A stretch of 64,000 nucleotides of DNA from Promethearchaeota archaeon (GTDB lineage Archaea > Asgardarchaeota > Lokiarchaeia > Sigyniarchaeales > SOKP01): NCBI GenBank assembly GCA_048939995.1, contig JBHLOY010000001.1, forward strand, positions 96,001-160,000. Direction: 5' to 3'. A program made the position numbers and the translations under genes. Shown one piece after another: positions 58,647 through 64,000 of this stretch (its first letter is position 1; the number at the start of each line of letters is the position of its first letter). The notes below the pieces were generated by a model, which did not search any database, was not told where the DNA came from, and saw only the letters and a program-made list of their open reading frames with translations.

Positions 58647-61600
58647 TTAAGCTATCACGATTTCTTGATGGGTATCTTCAGCCCCTTCCATAGAACGAGC
58701 GGTTATTATTAACTTATCTCCAGTAATAATACTTCCGGGACTTAGTCCCAGAAATGTTTCAACATCTGTAAGTGAAATTGTAATAGTGATAAAACCACCA
58801 GAGTTTTGTATTTCAAATGAACTTCCATCTATAAAGCTGAAATTTGTTAATCGTACGTAAGTATTATTTATGTATACTGAATCTAAGGTAACATTTAATA
58901 ATCCGTTGTTTACAATCTTGATAACTAGCTCATCATCGCTTCTATCTGCCTCTGTAGTAATATCATCAATATTTATATTAAAATTAGTCGAATTAACGTA
59001 AGCATTAAATGTTGCAAAAGAGACTGCAGTAGTATTAGTGGTTATCTTTATATCAAATGTATTTGATGCATTTATTTTGAAATCTTGAATATTAAATGAA
59101 ACAAGTGCACATTCTTGAAAATCTAAATCAACATCTCCATAAATAAAGTTTACATCCGTTTCAAAAGATAATATGCTAGTTTCATTTATGTAAAGGTTAC
59201 TTAACCTAACGGGTTCTACTCCTGTATTTTTTATCAAGATTTGGCCAGTTTCATTCGCAGCTATAAAAGAGGCTTGTGTACCAAGAACACTCTTTATGAT
59301 CTTAATATCTGCTGAACTATTTACGCTTCGAATAAAACCAACATCCGCTGCTTTTATAGGTCCATCGAATGATGCAGACACAACTATACCAATGTCTTCA
59401 TTTACATCAACATCGAAGTAATCTGAAACAATGACCTTTATTGTTTTCTCTTCATTTGGGAAGATATTTACTTTCTTAGGATAAAAATTAACTTCATCGT
59501 CTGCAGTCCAAGCATCAGTTTGGGTTAAATATACTGAACCAATAGCCATAATTAAGTTCCCAGTATTTTTTATCTTAATATTCAATAATGTCGTTCCGTT
59601 ATCATAAGTATATGCATAGGTCTTATCTAACTCAATTGGGATATACTTCCTCAGAGAACTAGATGAAATAACTGATGCTTCTGGTGAAAGTATTCTATAT
59701 CGTGGTAAAAGGCTTATATCATAGTTCTCAGAATTAGGCACCATCAAGACCTCATCTTTTACCCCACCAGGGGTGATGACTCCAATTTTATGCACTTCTC
59801 CAAAATCAAGATCAAATGGAAAAAATTTGAGATCTGTAGTTATTTTAACATATGCTTTCTGTCCAACATTTAATATAGGAGAACCTTCTAAATAGATTTT
59901 TTGTGTAAAAATATTCTCTTCTGAATCAGCATAAAAATCATCTAAGATTACTACAGAATCACCAGTGTTTTCAACCTCAAGATAAATTTCTGCTTGATCT
60001 TCATTAATCTGTAAGACTTTACTGTTTAGTTCATTAATTTTAATCTTACTTGGCACAGCTTCTTTTACAAAGAATTTCTTAGTGGTATTGGAAAATGCAA
60101 ATGTTCTACCTTCTAAAGCTTCAGAATATGCTATTACCGAAATATTTACCACATCATTCTTCTCAAAAGGATTGCCACTTGACTTAATATCAACCCAAGC
60201 TAAGTCTTCCTCACCAGCAGGTATGATATCGGTATCCAAACCCTTTCCAAGATAATGATCATAAGAGATACCATTTATTAAAACACTTCTAATTTCCAAA
60301 TCCTTGGAACCTGTATTCTTGAGTTTGAAAGTGGCATATCCGGTGTCAAAGACTTCTGGATCTTTAATCTGGAACGATGATTCTAATGCTGTATAATCTA
60401 ATTTAAATAGTTTAACAAATCCACTTCGAGAGAAATACCATGGTATAAATACTTGAGAAAAGTATCCTCCATTTTCTGGGATACTATTAACCCAAAAATC
60501 TCCATCATTATCCTTTCTTACATTATTAATTTGGTTTCGATAATAATCTTCGAAGGTTTGAATGTTATCGCTAGAAATGGGGGCGGTTGAAACATTCCAA
60601 AACATTAATCGCACCACTTGAGACTGAAACCATAACTTTGTAGGACGTCCGGAGGTTTCATTATAAATCTCATCCTCAACAAATACTGAATTTGGACCCC
60701 AATTGTCTTCTTCTAATCCCCAACTTTTATATCTCTCGTAATGGTCATTACAGATACGCATCATCCAAGGCCATTTTCCTTCATCTCCGCCTAATTGGTT
60801 AAATAGATATCCGAAATAGACTAATACGTAATCTGCTTTCAGAAGTTTCAATATTTTAGCACTATAAATTTCATCTGATTGCATCAATGCCATACCAGTT
60901 AAACCTATTCTGGTTGAATTAATTGTCCCGTTATCATTTACCGTGGTCATATTTCCGATGGGGGTTATCCAGTATCCATAATCCCACCAACTGACAACAA
61001 CAGTCGAGCCTGGTAAATTTGTTTTCATCCAAGTAAGCGATTCTTCCCAATCGTGATAATAACCTCCAGGAGCTAGTTGACTTTGTCCTAATTGCGTAGC
61101 TGAATAATTTGAAGCGTGCCAGACTTGTGCAAGACACATAATTCCTACAATAAAGTATACAGCTACAACTTCACCTCTACCGATCATCTGTTTCACTTGT
61201 CGTTTTCTTTTTCTACTTATACTAATACGTTTTTCTCCAATGAAACTTCCAAATATTTTCAGTACATTCACTAACCCATATGCACCGACTATGCTAGCTG
61301 CAGGTGCAAATAATAAAATTATACGAATCATGCTCCCTGTAAAATAAAACAAAAATAAAACAAATATTATCAATAAGATATCAACTGCTTGAGATCTTCT
61401 GAATAAAAAGAATAGACCAAGAGGTATTAGCATTAGTGGAATTAAAGTATTATAATAAAATACACTCCATGAGCTTGGTGCATGTTCAGCTACAGATGCT
61501 GTAAGATGAAACGCATCCCGTAATAATGGGCTAAGAACACTCTGTAATCTCTTGCCGAATCCAAAAGGAATTATATCTGGGGCGATCCAAACTATTATTG

Positions 61601-62564
61601 CAAGAATTAGTATAGCTGGTATTAGTCCCCATTTAACTAAATTTATTAGTTTATTATAAAATCGAGGATATTGATTCCTCTTAATATGGATATAATGATA
61701 AACTACTAGAATAATTGCAAATAAAAAAGTACCACCTAATACAATGTTTGTAAAAAATGAGCTAAATTTAAAATTAGTGTACAACATAAAGGTAAGCAAT
61801 CCCATTCCAATCACCCCTGAATAAGCGATTAAAACGTTTGGAGTGTATTTTTTCGTAATGATTAGAATAAGAACGGTAATTGGTATTAAGTAATAAAGAA
61901 AATAATAACCACCCCAACCAAGGGAAAGATAACCTAAAAATAATCCTCCTAAAAGAGCATGGGTGATTTTACCGGTTCGGATTGCCTTTACAAAAAAATA
62001 AAGTGTCATGATAGTGGCAAAAACCCCGATAGTTTCATTATCAAAGAAGCCAGCAACTGTACGTTGCATATAACCAGGATTAAAGGCAAGGAAAAATGCT
62101 GCAACTAAACCCAGTTGTCGATTTAAGGTTTCTTTTCCCAATAAATACATGGCAAAAACAGTCAATCCCCCCATAAAAGCAGGGAAGTAAAAGCATATAT
62201 CGTATAGAGAGAGTGGTATTCCAATGGAATTAAAAAAGTTATAAATTATTACTACTGTGAAGGTTAGTCCAGGTCGTAAATTAAATCTATCAAATCCTTG
62301 AGGAAACCAACTTTTATAGTCGTGCCAATTGAAGTATTCAAACAATGAGTGTTGGGAAAGATATTCTGCATTATAATATTGAATCCATGGATCAAATGCC
62401 TTAATTAAATTATTACCTAGATAAACAGGAGATAACCTAATTACGATTGCTAGTACAATAACTAAAAGGAGAGCAATAAAAAGCAAAACATTCTGAGATT
62501 TAATAGTTACACCTGCTCTGAAACGATCCTTTAGATTTCGGAGTGATGATAAAATTTTAGGCAT
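58647..62564 (-). CDS. aglB: Oligosaccharyltransferase STT3/AglB with long C-terminal extension
   Basis: FDPW, GFFDNE, SVAEH, WWDYG, DNGT, DEGKWPWMMRI. Confidence 0.92.
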   Translation of the reverse strand: MPKILSSLRNLKDRFRAGVTIKSQNVLLFIALLLVIVLAIVIRLSPVYLGNNLIKAFDPWIQYYNAEYLSQHSLFEYFNWHDYKSWFPQGFDRFNLRPGLTFTVVIIYNFFNSIGIPLSLYDICFYFPAFMGGLTVFAMYLLGKETLNRQLGLVAAFFLAFNPGYMQRTVAGFFDNETIGVFATIMTLYFFVKAIRTGKITHALLGGLFLGYLSLGWGGYYFLYYLIPITVLILIITKKYTPNVLIAYSGVIGMGLLTFMLYTNFKFSSFFTNIVLGGTFLFAIILVVYHYIHIKRNQYPRFYNKLINLVKWGLIPAILILAIIVWIAPDIIPFGFGKRLQSVLSPLLRDAFHLTASVAEHAPSSWSVFYYNTLIPLMLIPLGLFFLFRRSQAVDILLIIFVLFLFYFTGSMIRIILLFAPAASIVGAYGLVNVLKIFGSFIGEKRISISRKRKRQVKQMIGRGEVVAVYFIVGIMCLAQVWHASNYSATQLGQSQLAPGGYYHDWEESLTWMKTNLPGSTVVVSWWDYGYWITPIGNMTTVNDNGTINSTRIGLTGMALMQSDEIYSAKILKLLKADYVLVYFGYLFNQLGGDEGKWPWMMRICNDHYERYKSWGLEEDNWGPNSVFVEDEIYNETSGRPTKLWFQSQVVRLMFWNVSTAPISSDNIQTFEDYYRNQINNVRKDNDGDFWVNSIPENGGYFSQVFIPWYFSRSGFVKLFKLDYTALESSFQIKDPEVFDTGYATFKLKNTGSKDLEIRSVLINGISYDHYLGKGLDTDIIPAGEEDLAWVDIKSSGNPFEKNDVVNISVIAYSEALEGRTFAFSNTTKKFFVKEAVPSKIKINELNSKVLQINEDQAEIYLEVENTGDSVVILDDFYADSEENIFTQKIYLEGSPILNVGQKAYVKITTDLKFFPFDLDFGEVHKIGVITPGGVKDEVLMVPNSENYDISLLPRYRILSPEASVISSSSLRKYIPIELDKTYAYTYDNGTTLLNIKIKNTGNLIMAIGSVYLTQTDAWTADDEVNFYPKKVNIFPNEEKTIKVIVSDYFDVDVNEDIGIVVSASFDGPIKAADVGFIRSVNSSADIKIIKSVLGTQASFIAANETGQILIKNTGVEPVRLSNLYINETSILSFETDVNFIYGDVDLDFQECALVSFNIQDFKINASNTFDIKITTNTTAVSFATFNAYVNSTNFNINIDDITTEADRSDDELVIKIVNNGLLNVTLDSVYINNTYVRLTNFSFIDGSSFEIQNSGGFITITISLTDVETFLGLSPGSIITGDKLIITARSMEGAEDTHQEIVIA

Positions 62565-62710
62565 ATTTTTAATTTAAATTCTTTTATTTTAAATACTAAT
62601 TTCAATATGAAATTAGAAATTAAACTTAGATATAAAAAAAATCCTTATCATTAAAAGATTATTTTTTAATATATTAAACGGTCTTGATATTATAACAAGA
62701 TATCAATTTA

Positions 62711-63556
62711 ATGAATTTTATGTCATCAAAAAAGAGAAAATTTCTTTTTAAATTCTATTATATTGGATCAAAAAAATTTTATGGATCTCAGAGACAAATA
62801 AATTTTCCGACTATTGAAAGTTATTTAATTGAAGCTCTGTTAAATAAAAAATATATAACTGATGTTAATACAGCTAATTTTGATGTCGCAAGTAGAACTG
62901 ATAAGTATGTCTCTGCCAGAGGAGCTGCTTTCTCAGTTATAATAAATAAAAAACCAATACTGATGGAATTAAATTCTGAATTACCATATGAGATTGGATT
63001 ATGGGCATATGCTCACGTTCCCTTTGACTTCTCTTCAAGGTTTGATGCCTTATATCGTTATTACAAATATATATTACCTTTAGGAAGCAGAACCTCTCTC
63101 AATATTTCCCTTATAAGGAAGGCATGTAAAATACTCGAAGGAACTCATGACTTTAAAAATTTTGCGAAGAGAGAAAAAGATAATATAAACACAATAAGAA
63201 CATTAAACATGGTTTCAGTTAATGTAAAGGAAGATTATTTAATTTTAGGTTTTAAAAGTAAATCTTACTTAAGACAACAAGTTAGAAGAATGGTTAAAAA
63301 ATTAATTGAGGTTGGGATGAAAGAGCTTGAACTTGCTGAATTTTTAGAGTTATTTAATACCTCTAAAAATATTTCGTACCAACCAGTCAATCCAGAAGGA
63401 TTGATATTATGGGATATAGTCTATAATAATACTCATCAATTTGTGATAGATCCAGCTTCAAATAAGAGAATGATTCGATATTTTCATCAAAGAGAAGAAG
63501 AAAGTGATCTACAGAAGATTTTATTTCATGTCTTGCAACATGACAATATTGGCTAA
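62711..63556 (+). CDS. truA: tRNA pseudouridine(38-40) synthase
   Basis: FYGSQRQ, SRTDKYVSA, RYYKY, GTHDFKNF, SYLRQQVR. Confidence 0.88.
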   Translation: MNFMSSKKRKFLFKFYYIGSKKFYGSQRQINFPTIESYLIEALLNKKYITDVNTANFDVASRTDKYVSARGAAFSVIINKKPILMELNSELPYEIGLWAYAHVPFDFSSRFDALYRYYKYILPLGSRTSLNISLIRKACKILEGTHDFKNFAKREKDNINTIRTLNMVSVNVKEDYLILGFKSKSYLRQQVRRMVKKLIEVGMKELELAEFLELFNTSKNISYQPVNPEGLILWDIVYNNTHQFVIDPASNKRMIRYFHQREEESDLQKILFHVLQHDNIG

Positions 63557-64000
63557 AAGCGCTTTTATTTGAATCTCTTCTGTAGCCCCTTGGCTTATAC
63601 GGTATTCAAATTCAGCTAAAAGTTTAGAAAGTTCTATTTTCATATCTTCAGATATATTTAAATCGTAAATCTCCCTATGCATACTTTTAATAATATTTAT
63701 CCCTGAAAGCCCATACTCTTCAACTATATCATTTAATAATTTTATTGAGAATTCTAATTGACCCTGAATAGCAGTTTGAAGTATATTTATTATTCGTTCA
63801 TGAGGAACCTCTCCAGCAACTCGAAATACAATATTCTGATCGAGTTTTCGAGAAATAGTGGAGCAAGATTGTAAATAATTTATTCCCCTTCTACAATCGC
63901 CTTTAGAAACATCCACTAATGCCTTCAAGCCATCGTCAGTTATTGTAATGTCTTCTTCTTTCGCTATATATCTTAATCGATCTTTAATATCGTCACTGGG
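63521..64000 (-). CDS. rfcS: Replication factor C small subunit (C-terminal part; 5' end outside window)
   Basis: RLRYIAKEE..ITDDGL..L...SKGDCRRGINYLQ...EYRISQGATEEIQIKALLA; frame is open to the window edge. Confidence 0.88.
   Translation of the reverse strand, partial: PSDDIKDRLRYIAKEEDITITDDGLKALVDVSKGDCRRGINYLQSCSTISRKLDQNIVFRVAGEVPHERIINILQTAIQGQLEFSIKLLNDIVEEYGLSGINIIKSMHREIYDLNISEDMKIELSKLLAEFEYRISQGATEEIQIKALLANIVMLQDMK

Noticed and set aside
62682-62706. Imperfect palindrome TCTTGATATTATAACAAGA in the aglB/truA divergent region
   Set aside because: Short arms, single occurrence and overlap with a probable TATA box; insufficient support.

Overview
AT-rich archaeal chromosomal segment, most likely from an Asgard archaeon of the Lokiarchaeia/Promethearchaeia type. 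The basis for this is archaeal TFB, EF-2, aIF5B, class I CCA enzyme, Taw1, RFC and a eukaryote-like STT3/AglB, plus several small GTPases and longin/DENN-like proteins. Layout: (1) 1-9.6 kb, accessory enzymes and a deletion scar holding three gene remnants. (2) 9.6-19.3 kb, a copper island with CopB, LDH, CopA, TRASH proteins, two metal-binding miniproteins (one absent from the ORF track) and a PadR-TRASH regulator. Three copies of one palindromic operator/TATA motif tie the island together. (3) 20-28 kb, an acetyl-CoA cluster: E1 alpha/beta, Acs and a divergent CoA-transferase-GNAT fusion that appears catalytically dead. (4) 29-46 kb, eukaryotic-signature-like GTPases, TFB and novel fusion proteins. 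(5) 46-64 kb, housekeeping genes (EF-2 homologue, cca, aIF5B, uvrAB, aglB, truA, rfcS). I found no tRNA, rRNA, CRISPR array or transposase. All calls come from motif recognition by eye; no database searches were run.
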